A stretch of 32,963 bases of DNA from Octopus bimaculoides. Lineage: Eukaryota. The stretch's first letter is position 1. Each line of letters begins with the position of its first letter. The stretch spans positions 66,377,232-66,410,194 of the forward strand of contig NC_068988.1 in assembly GCF_001194135.2 (NCBI RefSeq), given 5' to 3'. The translations under genes and the position numbers were made by a program. Below the pieces are notes generated by a model. That model saw nothing but the letters and a program-made list of their open reading frames with translations. It made no database searches and had not been told where the DNA came from. Shown one piece after another: positions 10,916 to 24,075 of the stretch.

Positions 10916-13339
10916 TCATCCAATACGATGTAGAATGATGGACAGAGTTGAATCTAGCCTGATTTGAACTCGGAAACTTTAGGAACGAAAGAGCATTTAA
11001 AGTGGTATTTCCACCGTCTGAGATGTAGCACGTCTGTAGTTTTAATTTAACTGTGTGACATTTTTTATACATTTCTCTTACATTATTTCTGCATGAAAAG
11101 ATCGTACGTTTGAAAGAAACCCTTCAATTGACAATTACTTTCAACTGCTATATAAATTACTCCTGCGTGCTTTTAGAGCTCACTAAAGATTTGCTGCTTC
11201 AATTCCATCAATCTTTCGATAGCTTTCACTTGAGTTTCACCCACTTAATGGCATTATCGAAATACTTTAAGAAAATGCCTGAGAACAATATTCATTACAA
11301 TTACTATTCATTTGTAATTGTAATAATGTTTCTACTAATTTACACTATCGATAAAACTTTCCTCTTTTCTTAAAGAAATTTTACAAATTGAAAGATGAAA
11401 TAGAAGTTGAGTTTTCTTTTGATTTTTACGGTTTTATAATTTTGGCTTTTTTGTCTCTTTCTCTCTCTTTCCCTGCTTCTCCCGTCCTTCCTTTTTTCTC
11501 ACCTTTCCCACTCCTACTCTTTTCCATTTAAATAGTTGGCCAACCACACTCACCTACAATGCACACACATTCGGCGTAGCAGCCACAAGGTCGCTTGAAT
11601 GCAATAAGTAGCAGCCAATTCGTCTTGAAATCGCATTCAGGCATGTAAAAGAAGAGTAAGGAGAGATAGAATGATATAGTCCTAAGTACACTAAAATATT
11701 ATCAGCTTATTTTTGTCTGCAATGATTATATCGAAAATGCGCGACAGCCTTATATTGGTAGAAGGTGAAACTGTTTTCGATGTGTATAAATTTAATTTAC
11801 TGCTACATTACTGGTGTCAGTGATCGATAAATGCCAAAAGTATTTTGGAAGTGATTCTATTCATTATGTATACCTTTATAAAGTCTTTTGCAGTATAGAA
11901 AATCAAGATAAAAACATTGAACAACGCTGGGTTCTTGTAGAACAAGCGCTAAAACTGTATTTTTCATCGGTTTCACAAACGTTATTGTACATTTGCTAGT
12001 AAAATCTGGGCTCCACAGTTTCATATCTAATTCTTGAAGATACTTTCAATCTTTATGTCTCCTGATATAGGTAAAGACCCATACATTTTGCTCTTGTTTA
12101 TCTCAGGTCAGACCTCACTGAATAAAGTTAAATCAAATACTTTGAAGTGGTGACCGTCTCATCACATTTTTAGTCATAAGATATTGAGGACTATATTTTT
12201 CAGTGCATCCTTTCTTTTGAAAGAGATTTTAGCTGCTATTCTTGCAGGCCAATGAACTCATTTGACGCTTTCCTTTGGGATGAGGAATTTGAATAGGTTT
12301 CAGCGATATATCTTAAGACCTTTTTTCGATAATCTACTGACAATATCACTCACTGTCCTTGGGTTAAGTATGACTAGGGTTGATACTAATAAAGCTGGAA
12401 CTGAATTGGACAGTGCAGTTTGGGTTCAGAAACCACCAGAGGACATATGCGAAATCACACTCAAGCTACTAAAAATAACAGCTAAATCTGTCTCAAAATA
12501 CCACCGAGTTTAGAAAAACACCCAACTTGGATTTTTAAAAATGGCGAAATGTTTATTGCGGGATTACATTCGATCTTAAATCTAATGGATTTGACTTGAC
12601 CTGGGGTTAAACACATCTTTAGTAAATATCAATCTCCAGCAGTAGAAGGTTGACTGTAATGTACGGAAATGAAAAGAATGTAATTGATAACAGGGTTTCA
12701 CAGAGCAACAAGATTAATTGATAGCAACTAATGATATTATTGTATGGTGTGGTCTTTGGTTTCAGTGAAGCATTGAATTGCTCTTGCCACATTTATTTGG
12801 CAGTCTGGTGAGTAAGAAGTTTGGGAGAAACCATAACAATACACTTGGTACACCAGCACTGAACAGACTGAAAATTGAGTGGTTTACATTGCACCAACAA
12901 ACGGAATCCTTTTAGAAGAAGAAAATAATTACAACCCAATACTGCTTCCTCTTCTATCAATTGATTTCACTTATGCTCTATAGGAAAACTTTAAGTCTGC
13001 TGCTATTGTTTACTACAGTAGCGCAACTACACATCGTGACATACTTTCTAGATAATTCTAGAGAAAAGTAAATGTCTGCTGGAATTACATTTTTGCGTCT
13101 GAAATATCCATTTTATTGAAAAAGAAACCAAGTATCCAGTAGTACTTAATAGCAAATTGTTCCAGTGAGACAGGGTTACAAATTGAAAGTGTTGGAGGAA
13201 AAGATATAATCGATTCGATCGATTTGTTATCGACCTCGCAAATTTAACGATTACAAAAGGATGTAAGGTACAATTCGCTCTAGTGAGAAAGGAAACTGTC
13301 GGTTAATATTAGGGCAGTTGTTTAGTTACAGCACTTTAA

Positions 13340-13490
13340 CTTTCAGAGTTCAAATCCCCACTCCACAAGATCAAATTTATTTTTATCCATTGGAATTCCA
13401 TAAAATAACGTACCAGTTGAATACAAGGATCGGAAGTTTCTACGTATCCCGCCTTCCGAAATGTGTGACTTAGTACAAGAGTGAAGAATC
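13340..13490 (+). mobile_element. Old SINE A copy
   Basis: CAGAGTTCAAATCC and ATAAAATAACGTACCAGTTGAATAC core. Confidence 0.55.
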
Positions 13491-13746
13491 AATATTAATG
13501 TTAGAAATAGTGATTTTGGTGTACTCGGGGGGTTTTTTTTGTGTCCTCGCTTAGCTAAATGATACGTCGTTGTGATAGAGAAATATGGAGAATTGATTCG
13601 TCAGCCCAAATATTACTGATGGCTTCTATATTATTTATATTACTATGTAGAGCTAGAAAGGATTGCAACCAAAGCGGGCAGTTCCTAAGCTATCATTCGG
13701 AATCTAGAGGGATGAAAATTATTACTACAATGTATTTTTATTGTGT

Positions 13747-13749
<3 letters not shown>

Positions 13750-13797
<48 letters not shown>

Positions 13798-13941
13798 NNN
13801 NNNNNNNNNNNNNNNNNNNNNNNNNNNNNNNNNNNNNNNNNNNNNNNNNNNNNNNNNNNNNNNNNNNNNNNNNNNNNNNNNNNNNNNNNNNTCTGTCTCT
13901 CGCTCTCTCTCCCACTCCTTCTCTCTCTCTCTCTCTCTCTC
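13750..13941. repeat. (CT)n spanning the gap at 13798-13891
   Basis: Direct reading. Confidence 0.95.
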
Positions 13942-14019
13942 ATCTGCTCTATTCCCTTTATAAATAATAAAAAATGAATATTGTCTTCTGATCAAGACAT
14001 TTGGACAATTATGTAGAAG

Positions 14020-14112
14020 AGAAGTTTACCGATGAAAGTGATCCAATGCATTTATCACTTCGAGAGAGTTGAAAAATAAGATCAACCCAAGTGAAATTCT
14101 GAACTCAGAACT
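14020..14112 (-). mobile_element. Old SINE A fragment
   Basis: GAAATTCTGAACTCAGAAC is the reverse complement of the box B region. Confidence 0.45.
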
Positions 14113-14594
14113 AAAATCAAAATGTCAAACAGGGTTTCCATCGATTTGATTCGATTTAATCACTTTATCTAAAATTACTTATTAAATTTGGAATTAAATA
14201 CTAGTCTATCGTGTCATAGATATAAAAGAGACTCATAGAAGAAGGGAGGTAACACAGCATGACGGCAGTGCCTCCATATGATTAGCAATGTGGTAGGCCC
14301 TAAAAGTGTTTACAAACCTATATGGAAACTGGAGCAGGAAATTAGGAAAGTAGTTCTGATTCACAATCCTCCCCAGATTTTTCCTTATTATTCAAATGTA
14401 GGTAAATGGCTTCAGGTAAAAAGAAAATTTCCGGTTAGGAATGTCATTCCAAATCCAGCTAAAATCCGGTTCGACTATTATGTCTCCAAGACATCACTAT
14501 TGTCTCCATTACCACTAATTATATAAGAATTCCACTTGATAACTTTCCAGTTTTATAAAACTTCTCTCAAGGCAACGAGAAAGTATCTATAATG

Positions 14595-14780
14595 TTTGCG
14601 TGATTTGCTAGAAGAAGCAACCACGTTTCCCTCAAATCCTACATTAACATCCTGAAAAAAGAAAATACATATAGGAAAATGATTATATAGTCTTTGATAC
14701 GTTAAAAACACAAGATGGTCATAGCTGGAACTTCTCTGTTATACGTTTGCTGCGCCAAGGCTGATCTGGAGCTCACCAAC
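14595..14780. mobile_element. Dispersed repeat family D; related copies at about 9945-10025, 11570-11720, 12095-12250, 15395-15540, 17180-17360, 17545-17720 and 19455-19625
   Basis: Recurring motifs of the form (A)GCAGCCAAAT(C)TCC and GCTGA(T/C)CTGG(G/A)GCT / TTTAGCC(T)CAGGT(C/T)AG occur in both orientations; copies are highly diverged. Confidence 0.55.
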
Positions 14781-15889
14781 CTTTGTAGTCAAACATCAGT
14801 GGGTCTCTTCTACAACTAGAAATAGTAGCCACATATTTTTCAGACCTCTTCCTACAATATTAGAGAATGACGGCCAAATTCGCGAATGTAAACCCACGAT
14901 CATTTTGAATATTAAAAATTATTTTTCATGTGGATAGCATATCTCAATTCTTTAAACAATTCTACTTTAGCGTGCAAACGTAGCTGTCAAAGTTATGCTT
15001 CGCCGATGAGGAAGAATAGTATCAAAGCATATCCAGAGTTGTCCTTTAATTAACCAAACACAAAAATGAGTATAACATTAGTCATTGATTAATATTTTAT
15101 ACTAATCGCATAACTATTTCTAATTAACATATTTAAAGCGCTCTTCACTAAATATATTGCTACACACTTAACTATTGGTTCTCTTGTATGCTGATGGCAT
15201 CTTTGAAGTGTTTATTACCTTATAACTATCATTAATCTCATATCTATGTAAGAAAATTATATTAACCATTTTATTCTTATCGGTTGTCATTCACAAGTTA
15301 TCAATGTTAAGTCTATATCTTCTAATGTTCTATTGTTAACTCGACCTTTTAAGAAAACGGTGTGAATGAACCAATGGGAGGAGTCTACATACAGGTATTG
15401 GGTCTGGTTGTAACAGCAGCCAAATTTCCTAAACATCGCATCCTTCCATCTTAAAAAGTAATGGTCACAGATAATGTATTCTGGAATGGCTTTGATCACC
15501 CCACAACTCGATCAGGCTTGACCCAAGGGTAAAATCTAATAACCATCCGTTATTGTCATTAATATATTTTGTTTATAATTTCCAATTTCTGTAACATTAT
15601 ATTCTAAATGTTCCATATTAAATGTATTAAATACATCGTTTGATGACATCCTGATCTTAACGAAATTTTTTTAACGGAATCATATTTCATTTTGATCAAT
15701 AAAGTAAACCATTTTATTTGAAACTCACATTTAATTGCAGAAAAATGTTATTTTATGTGTACAATGTTCAAAGAATATTTTTCGATTCTAAAAATTAGAA
15801 AATTTAAGGAAAATAACTTATTTTATATTAATCAAATTTTCGTATTTAATAACAACTTATTTAAGGAATTGTAAGATTCTAAGAATAAA

Positions 15890-16712
15890 TTATATTGGCA
15901 GAATCATTTGAACGTCGGACAAAATACTATGCAGTATTTGTTCTGGTTCTATACGTTCTGTTTTCAAATCCTGACGATGTTTGCTTTGCTTTTCATCCTT
16001 TTGAGGTCGGTAAAATATATACCAGTTGAACTCTGTGGTCAATGTAATCGACTAGTCCTCCTACTTCCACCCCACATAAGTTGCAGGCCTTCTACCTATA
16101 GCAGAAAGTCTATCTTTTGTTGGAGTAGGAGAAGTGTGGTGGATTGGTAGAATTGGTGGTTGGAAAAAATGTTTGGTATTTCTTCCGGTTCCTTATGTAC
16201 TAATTTCAAGTCTTATCCTGCCAGGGGCAGCTTTGTCCCTACCACTACTTTCATCCCTTTAAGATCGATAAAATTAAGAATCAGTCGAATTCATTCAAGT
16301 GCTGGTATGGATGTAATCGAGCAACACACTCTCATCAAAATTGTTCACCATGTCACTGTTTTAGAAATAACTGAGGATTGGTGGGGAGTATGTAGAAAGG
16401 TGACTTTCAGGATTCTTTTTTGGCTCTTTACATTCTGAAATCAAATAGCGGTAAAGGCATCTTTGATTTCCCTCCCTCCAGGGTCGATAAAGCAAAATAC
16501 CAGTCATGTACTGGGGTCGATGGTATCGACTGAACCCCTCCCTTTAAAAATTACTTTCCTTTTTCTTGAATAAGAAATTATTAACATTGTTGTAGTTAGG
16601 GTAACAATGTTATTGTTAGGATATCAGACAAAACACATTGTAGTATTTATTCCGACGCCTCCTGCTCTAGTTTCAAATACCACCGAGGTCAACTTTGCTT
16701 TTCATATTTTCA
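15890..16712 (+). mobile_element. Array of four diverged head-to-tail SINE A copies
   Basis: Copies start at about 15890, 16133, 16376 and 16597; family motifs (TTTCAAAT box-B remnant and/or GTCGATAAA..TACCAG core) recur in each. Confidence 0.75.
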
Positions 16713-16732
16713 GAAGGTAATTGATTTATCTT

Positions 16733-16981
16733 TTCGCTCTTCATTTGTTTATTTTTGTTCTTATTTTATGTCCATTCTCTGCAAATCTTTCGTCACACCT
16801 CCTGTCACCTCTTCAGCGACTCTCTATTCCACGTGTCTCCACCCGTTCTGTTTAGTACATTCTGCCTTTGACAGGAGGAAACACGTGAGATGGAGAGTCC
16901 CTGAAAAGGTCACAGTATGTCTGATAAAAAATTTCCAGGCATAGGACATAAAATAACAATAATAAACAAGTGAAGAACGAA
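16733..16981. repeat. Long imperfect inverted repeat (palindromic element)
   Basis: Arms 16733-16843 and 16873-16981 align as reverse complements over about 110 bp, with a 29-bp spacer. Confidence 0.85.
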
Positions 16982-18234
16982 TGTATAGTACGTGTGTTTA
17001 TTTGGCAAGAAAACAAATAACCATCCCGAATTATAACAATATCTGTTTCAACATACTATTTCACATTAGTAATCTTACAAAACATATTCATAAACGTAAG
17101 AAGAATTGACTTATCCTCTCTCCTGAAATGGTTCCCTGTGCGCTCAAATTTCAACATTATTGTTGTTTTTGTGGTAGCTGCTGCTGTTATTTAGCTCCGT
17201 GTCATTTTTCATGAAGCAAAACTATGATGAAAAACGTTCTAGCTGTGATACCTCAGTATTTTTATATACCTCAGACTCTATTTAGCAATCTAACTTTCTT
17301 CATTCTATGCATTAAGGTATCATTTGATAGAGATTTGACTTACGTTTCTAGCATGTGAAGTGATGTAGTAATTTCCTTATCGGCGCGCAAAAGTGTTGTT
17401 CATTTGTACAGCAAGCAATGGATAGATGCTGGTGAGGCGCTGTGTTTTTTCATTCAAAATGTATTCTTAAGACATTGCTGAATACGCATTGAGTCATGTG
17501 AACATTACATATACACATTGAGACGTGTGAACATTACATGTTGTCTTATGGCAAGTCAGACTTCATGGAGCAGATTTAAGGTCAAAGACGTTCCATTTGT
17601 AACCGTCCATCTTTACCCAATACATAGTGCCTCCACGAACAACATAATTAATTGTACCCTTGTTTTAAGCTGGTAGGGTGTAATTTCTAAGAAAACTCGA
17701 CTGTCATTTCTGGTAAGTCAAGCGACTACATGGGGCTTGATTTGTGAACATGCGCCATGTTATCCTATTAGCGTTGATTTCTCATGACAATATTAACTGT
17801 GTCTAAAATTTTCGGAATTTTCAAGACTTGACCTTTCACTCAAGAATCATTGTACATGAGAGTATGAATGGACATTTGACAAACAACAAAGGTTGGTAGT
17901 TTCGTTTTTGACACAAGTTTCTTTACAACTATTTAACTAAAGGTCCCCACTATACTTTGCCAGGCGGTCGGAATATTTGCGTATCGCTAACGTGTCTATA
18001 ATTAATAGATGTTTAAAATATCGACGTTCTGAGTTCAACTCTTCCATTAATCCTCGAAAACCTACTCATATATTCAGTTTTTGATGACTGTCTGTTCCAA
18101 TAATCTTGCTCCACCTTGCTATTAAATTCAAACGATTCTAATTCTGGTTACATTCTACATTTCATGTAATGTCTGAGATGTACAGTAGTTAGTTTCATAT
18201 TATGTTCTTCCCATGGGTGCATTCATATCATCAT

Positions 18235-18345
18235 GTGCAGACCCACCGTTTGGCACTTTGGGCAAGTGTCTTCTGTAACCTTGCGCGGACGAAATTCTCG
18301 TAAGTGGATTAGTAGATAGAAACTGAAAGAATTCATATATATATC

Positions 18346-18439
<94 letters not shown>

Positions 18440-18655
18440 TGTGTGTGTGTGTGTGTGTCCTTGTGTTTGTCCTGCACCACCACTTGAAAACTGGTGTTGT
18501 TATATTTATGTCCCCGTAACTTAGTAATTCGCTAAAAGAATAAGTACTAGGCTTAAGAAAAATGAATACTACGGTCGATTTGTTTGACTGCACTCTCAAC
18601 GCAGTGCTCCAGTTTGGCCGCAGTCTAATGACTGAAACAGATAAAAAGATAAAGA
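18235..18655 (+). mobile_element. SINE B with expanded internal (TA)n(GT)n
   Basis: GGCACTTTGGGCAAGTGTCTTC head part, microsatellite at about 18335-18457, and the standard 3' half. Confidence 0.85.
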
Positions 18656-19919
18656 CATAGAAACTGCCATATATACTGGTGATTGGTCATTCTGGTCGTT
18701 CTCTGTCATTCTGGTCATTCACGCCGTAGAAAGTCTTTAATAATGTTGTAATGACTCACGTGGATATGAAACCGGAAATATTTGCTCAAATTCCTTAATA
18801 ATATCTCTTTTAAGTTGATTAATTGCTTCTCTTCTAGAATCTTATCTGCCGAATCACATAGCATTCAGCGCTCTGAGCCTAACTTGATATAAATACAATT
18901 ATTACTGTGTAGGATCAAATTGAAAATGTGCTGGTCTCTTGAAAGAGAAACAATAATCCTCATAAATTCCCTTCTCGTTTGAAAAAGGCTGAATCAGCTG
19001 GTCACTAGCTAACTAAATTCCTCATTCCTAACAAAACATTTCCTTTTCCGAAACACTTTAATCTATTCTATTGTCATGTTTCCAGCTTGTCTATAGTATG
19101 GGAATCTGTCTTGATTCTATTCCTCTTCCATCTCTTTGAACTTAACCTTGTATTCAGACATAAAAGTATCGTACAGATATAATTTTAAATGCTTTTAGTG
19201 TTCTTTATATCTATATATTAGATGCAATAAATGCAAGAGTATTGTTTTAAGTTATACTATATCCACTTTTGGTAACGATTAAGCATTTATATCGATGAAA
19301 GAGCTGTGTTTTTCGGTGGCACGTGGTAATACTATATTTTGATTTCAGATATTTGTGACTGCTAGATTTGAGGTACATGCTGGCTAGTACTAGAATGTAC
19401 TTGGTCTTTCATTGCATATTGACTCCCTCGGCGCTGAGACCATCTTTGCGATCACTTACCCTATTAGGTATAGCAAGCAAATCTCCTTCGACTTAACGCT
19501 ATTGTCATACATTAAACACGCATTGAATAATATAATATAGACTACTTTACGAAGAAATAAGATAATCGTGGATGTAATAGATGTAATCTAGATTTCCTGG
19601 TTCAGATCTAACCAAGGGTTAAACAAATATTTTTACTCAGTTGTGTTCTGCTCATATAGAATAGCTATGTCAACTTCAATGAATTTTCTGTTTCGATTCG
19701 TAGTCATTAAAGGTGATCACATCAGGCTCGAACTCATTAGGTTCATCTCTTTAATGATAGTAAACAGACATCAGGATGTAACCTGAGAGAGAATTAACTG
19801 TCACTTCTATGTGGTGGCGATATAACATATGGGCTCTCAGATCGACTCTTATAGCGTCAGATACTGAGCTTGTGCAACAGGTTTGTCGTCTATTCGTATA
19901 TTATTTGTCAGACAACAAG

Positions 19920-20557
19920 CTCTTGTGAGATCGACAACAACGAGGCGGTAGACGTTGAAGAATTTGTTTACCTTGTGGTAACAGTCAATAGAATGGAGGA
20001 GGATTTAAAGAAAAGGACGTCCAAAGTCCGGAGAGCATTGTAAAATCTAACAAAGGTATGGAGAAAAAAGTTATAGGCCGCAAAACGAAGCTAAAGCTGC
20101 TCAAAACATTGCTCCGACCAGTGGATGTGAAAACTGGAAAGTGACAAAAATTAAAGAAAAACAATGGGAGCTTCCAATTCACATGCTTAAGGAGATTACT
20201 CGATATTCAGTGACTATAAAGAGCTCGAAATGACACAATTGAAACGACAACAGCTATCAACCGCATCAGTGACGAAATAAGATGCAAACACTGCAAATGG
20301 ATCGGACACGTCCTAAGACAAGATAAAGAAAGCGACTCTATGATGGCACTGAATTGGCAGCCTGAGAGGAAAAGAGCATCAGGGCGCCCCTAAAACAACA
20401 TGGCAAAAGACCATTGGCAAGCAGAGAATGGGAAGGGTGAGGAAGCTGGAATAAGACCAGAACAGTGGCAGAAAACTGGTTGGAGAGAGCCTGTTGCATC
20501 CTTATGTGCTTCATGGCGCGGAGAGAACAAACAAACTAACTAACTAACTAACTAACT
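19920..20557 (+). mobile_element. RTE-clade LINE 3' fragment with (AACT)6 tail
   Basis: Degenerate translation VEEFVYL...RKTKLKLLKTLLRP..GCENW...KWIGHVLRQ...ALNWQPERKRASGRPKTTW...LCASW; tail at 20534-20557. Confidence 0.85.
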
Positions 20558-21734
20558 AATATTCATTATGGTCTTATGTTTGTCATATAAGCATTGTCAC
20601 ATTGAAACGACTGACACTAAGCAGGTTATTGCAATCTTTTTTGCTTTCGTTTATTTTTTTCTTGCTTCAACTTCTAATAAAAATTTTTGATCATCCGGCT
20701 TCTGAGTTTTATCGATTGTCACCAATTAACCTCTGTAAGTTGTACGCAGCCCTTCAAAACGAAAAGAATTGTTGGAAACTTGTGTTCAATCTTTTATATT
20801 CAATCTCACTTCTCGAATTTATTTATTTACTAGGTATATATAACTCCCAACAGTGAAATAGATATTATTATGTTTAAATAAGATAAGTTTAACCGGCAGA
20901 CGTGTATTAATAACAATCTCTCAACTTTTTAACTAACTTTATATTTCTATCCCAAACACTGAGTAGATGATATCAACGAAGTTAATTATAAGTAACACAA
21001 AATTACACTCTTCCATCTGGCTGTCACCGATTCCATCGAACTAATATCTTTGAGGTTTTCAACTAAATAAAAATTAGTTCAATTAAGTATTAATAATTGC
21101 CTCATAAATTTAGTTTAGCATATTAATGTTCATGATAATTACATCGGCAACGACTTAGCATTCCGTCTAAAGATTTTTCTGCGTTAGTTGTCTGTTCACA
21201 TCAACAGATAGCTGAGCCTGCTTCTTAGAAGAGAAGTGAACGCAAGGTTCTCTTAGATAGCATCTATCATAAACTACATGCGTATTCATTAACGAAATAG
21301 TGATAGAATTGTTTTTTTTTTTGTATTATTAATAACTGACTAAAGCAATATTGAATATTCCCTACATTATTCATTTTGTAAATGTTTATGAGTGGTAAAC
21401 ACTTCTCAATTAACATTAGTGAGATGGCATAGATTAGCTCGCACTACTGGAATTGGAAGCTGATAAAAGAAAGGAAATTCATTAAAAAAAATAAAACTCA
21501 TCCACACAGAGACTATCGTTGTTATTTTCTCTCAAACCTCATTAATTTTACGCTACTCTCATTGTCTTTATTAAGATCAATGAAATGCTGATTATATGGG
21601 TACAAAGTGAAGCACTAGAGGAACCTTATGGTTCAGCTCTCAATCGTCTACAGATCTACAACACAAAATACATATTTCATCGGGTGAGCTATCTTACACT
21701 AAATCATGTCTCTAGATTTATCAAGCAATTAAAT

Positions 21735-21966
21735 CAATGGTTCTCAACCATTTTCTGCCTATATACTTCTTTGATTCCTATTTTGCTCTACTGTACTTCC
21801 ATACACATTCGATTTGTGTAAAAGAACATCCTACTATATTTATATGATTCGGTATTTGGAATTGTATAAAAAAAATCAAACTTTTTGGGGTAGTGTAGAA
21901 GTATAACCAAGTTACTGCAGATAAATTTTAACAAAATCTTATAAGGACCGCGGTTGAGGACCCCTG
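21735..21966. mobile_element. hAT (Charlie-like) MITE
   Basis: TIRs CAATGGTTCTCAACC and GGTTGAGGACCCCTG; 8-bp flanks AATTAAAT and TTTTAAAT (6/8 match, central TA). Confidence 0.7.
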
Positions 21967-22171
21967 TTTTAAATAAACAGTTGAATAACTTTGGCGTTAA
22001 TCCATATTTAGTAGATTTGCAAGTGTTAATCTGTAAGTTTCAAATGAACGTGTATTACGTTTTCACACTAGGGATGCAGTTTCCAACAGCAAACATCTTG
22101 GAATATATTCACATTGTAAGGTTATCTGACTGTAAATAACTTATCGCTCGGAGATATAATTCCTAACATAC

Positions 22172-22317
22172 AATGAAGTTTTCCAAATTATTGCTGTTGA
22201 TGCTTTCAAGACCTGGTGGTGTCGTGTCGATTTTGTTAAGACAAAGGGGAAAAATTATACATAGCAAATTTCCCTCAGTGTAAAATGTGTTGATGTTTAC
22301 AGATTTAGTTGAAGATT
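22172..22317 (-). CDS. Candidate exon 2: (E)SSTKSVNINTFYTEGNLLCIIFPLCLNKIDTTPPGLESINSNNLENFI
   Basis: Acceptor AATTTGCAG| downstream of a pyrimidine tract; donor ATT|GTATGT; 146 bp open, phase 1->0; lies inside track ORF 22163-22474. Confidence 0.55.
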
Positions 22318-23135
22318 CTGCAAATTGAATTCTAATATGTATATGAGAGAACGAGGGAGGAAGTGATTTATTGTCGGAGCGGGCGAGAAAAATAAAATAT
22401 AGATTTATTTTGATGCCTAATGGCTTAGCTTTTCGACTCGCTGCAAAATAGAATTTCAAATAATATTGAAACATTTTTTTGATATAGTTTTACAAATTGA
22501 TTGCGATGCCTCAACCACATGTAAAAATGTGAAAGAATTAATGGAAAATACTTTTACTTTTATTTCAGGAATTTCATTACTTTTCCATATTTTTTGTTGT
22601 TAGTTTCTGTAATTTCATATTACTCATCAATTGTTTCGACATAGGAATAAGATTTTAGGATTTTAAAAAAATGAAATGAAATCATAATTATGTTCATGTG
22701 TTTCTCTCAAACGAATTATTTACAACTGAAATTAATTGAAATTTTCTTAAAAGTACACCAAACTGAACATGTCACTCACTTCTTAATAGAATGTATCTAC
22801 TCAGTGCGGTAAAATCTGCAAGCCAAGGAATCGAATAGTGATTTATGTCTTGATGAAAAATCAAATCATTGGGAACACACACATTCCGTTTACACACACA
22901 CACACACATATTGGCTCCGGTACTTATTTTCNNNNNNNNNNNNNNNNNNNNNNNNNNNNNNNNNNNNNNNNNNNNNNNNNNNNNNNNNNNNNNNNNNNNN
23001 NNNNNNNNNNNNNNNNNNNNNNNNNNNNNNNNNNNNNNNNNNNNNNNNNNNNNNNNNNNNNNNNNNNNNNNNNNNNNNNNNNNNNNNNNNNNNNNNNNNN
23101 NNNNNNNNNNNNNNNNNNNNNNNNNNNNNNNNNNN

Positions 23136-23275
23136 CTTATTTTCAAGTCTGGTACTTATGCTATCGGTCTGCTTTGCCAAATCGCTAAATTACGGGCACG
23201 TAAACAGATCACCAGCGTTTGTCAGGTGACGGTGGTGGACGCACACGTAAAAACACACACACGCGCACACACAAT
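23136..23275 (-). mobile_element. SINE B central fragment after gap
   Basis: GGTACTTATGCTATCGGTCTGCTTTGCCAAATCGCTAA followed by a CA-rich tract. Confidence 0.75.
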
Positions 23276-23404
23276 GAGAAAAATATTTTTTTAAAGTTAT
23301 TAGCTATTTAAAAAGACATTTCTTTACTCAACAGAATGTTACTAACCATTATGGAAGAAATTTGCATTTGGTGTGTATTTTATTGTATATTTTATGCCTG
23401 TGAA

Positions 23405-23720
23405 TGCGCATGGCTCAATGATTTCAACGTCGGGCTCACAATCATGGGTTAGTGATTTCGATTCCTGGACCGGGCTGTGTGTTGTGTTCTTGAGCAAGGC
23501 ACTTCATTTCCTGTTGCTCCAATTCACTAAGCTGTAGAAATGAGATGCGACGTCACTGGTACCAAGCTGTATCGACCTTTCCCTTGAATAACATCAGTGG
23601 TGTGGAGAGAGAAGACTGGTATGTATGGGCAACTTCCATAAAACAACCTTGCCCGGACTTTTGCTTCGGCGGGTAACTTTGTAGGTACAATCCCATGCTC
23701 ATTCATGACCGAACGGGTCA
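23405..23720 (+). mobile_element. SINE family C (tRNA-like head), single copy
   Basis: Box-A-like TGGCTCAATG and box-B-like GATTTCGATTCC, then TTGAGCAAGGCACTT; GC-richer than the flanks. Confidence 0.75.
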
Positions 23721-24075
23721 CCCCCTTCCCCTTATGTATAGTACGCATTTTGTGTATAAGCGACTTCGCTTTTCAACTCTTCAAACAGGTTAATATATAT
23801 AGAGGAAGTTGTTTCCTGTATTATTTGTAATTGTTATAACTGTTTCTGGTTTAGTTTCGGTTTTAGGATTTTTATGAAGTGTTCTTTTGTCTTTTGCAGT
23901 AGGTCATTTTCATCTTATAATTGTAAAACGGGAATATTTAAAATTGTTGACTCTTTTAAACATTGACAATATACAGTGCCTTATGTATATAAGTAGTCAA
24001 TTTCTGTTTGAACTTCGATGCAAGCTATGATTTTAGCATTTTATATTCCTCAGTTGTTCTTGTGCAATCATACAT

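Noticed and set aside
17487-17539. 24-bp direct repeat at period 29
   Set aside because: An ordinary local tandem duplication with no further structure.
11250-21062. Additional small minus-strand exon candidates (21062-21007, about 18850-18760, about 18140-18068, 17122-17079, about 15340, about 11290)
   Set aside because: Short, with weak or alternative splice sites. They are not needed for phase continuity and are expected by chance; they cannot be excluded without RNA data.
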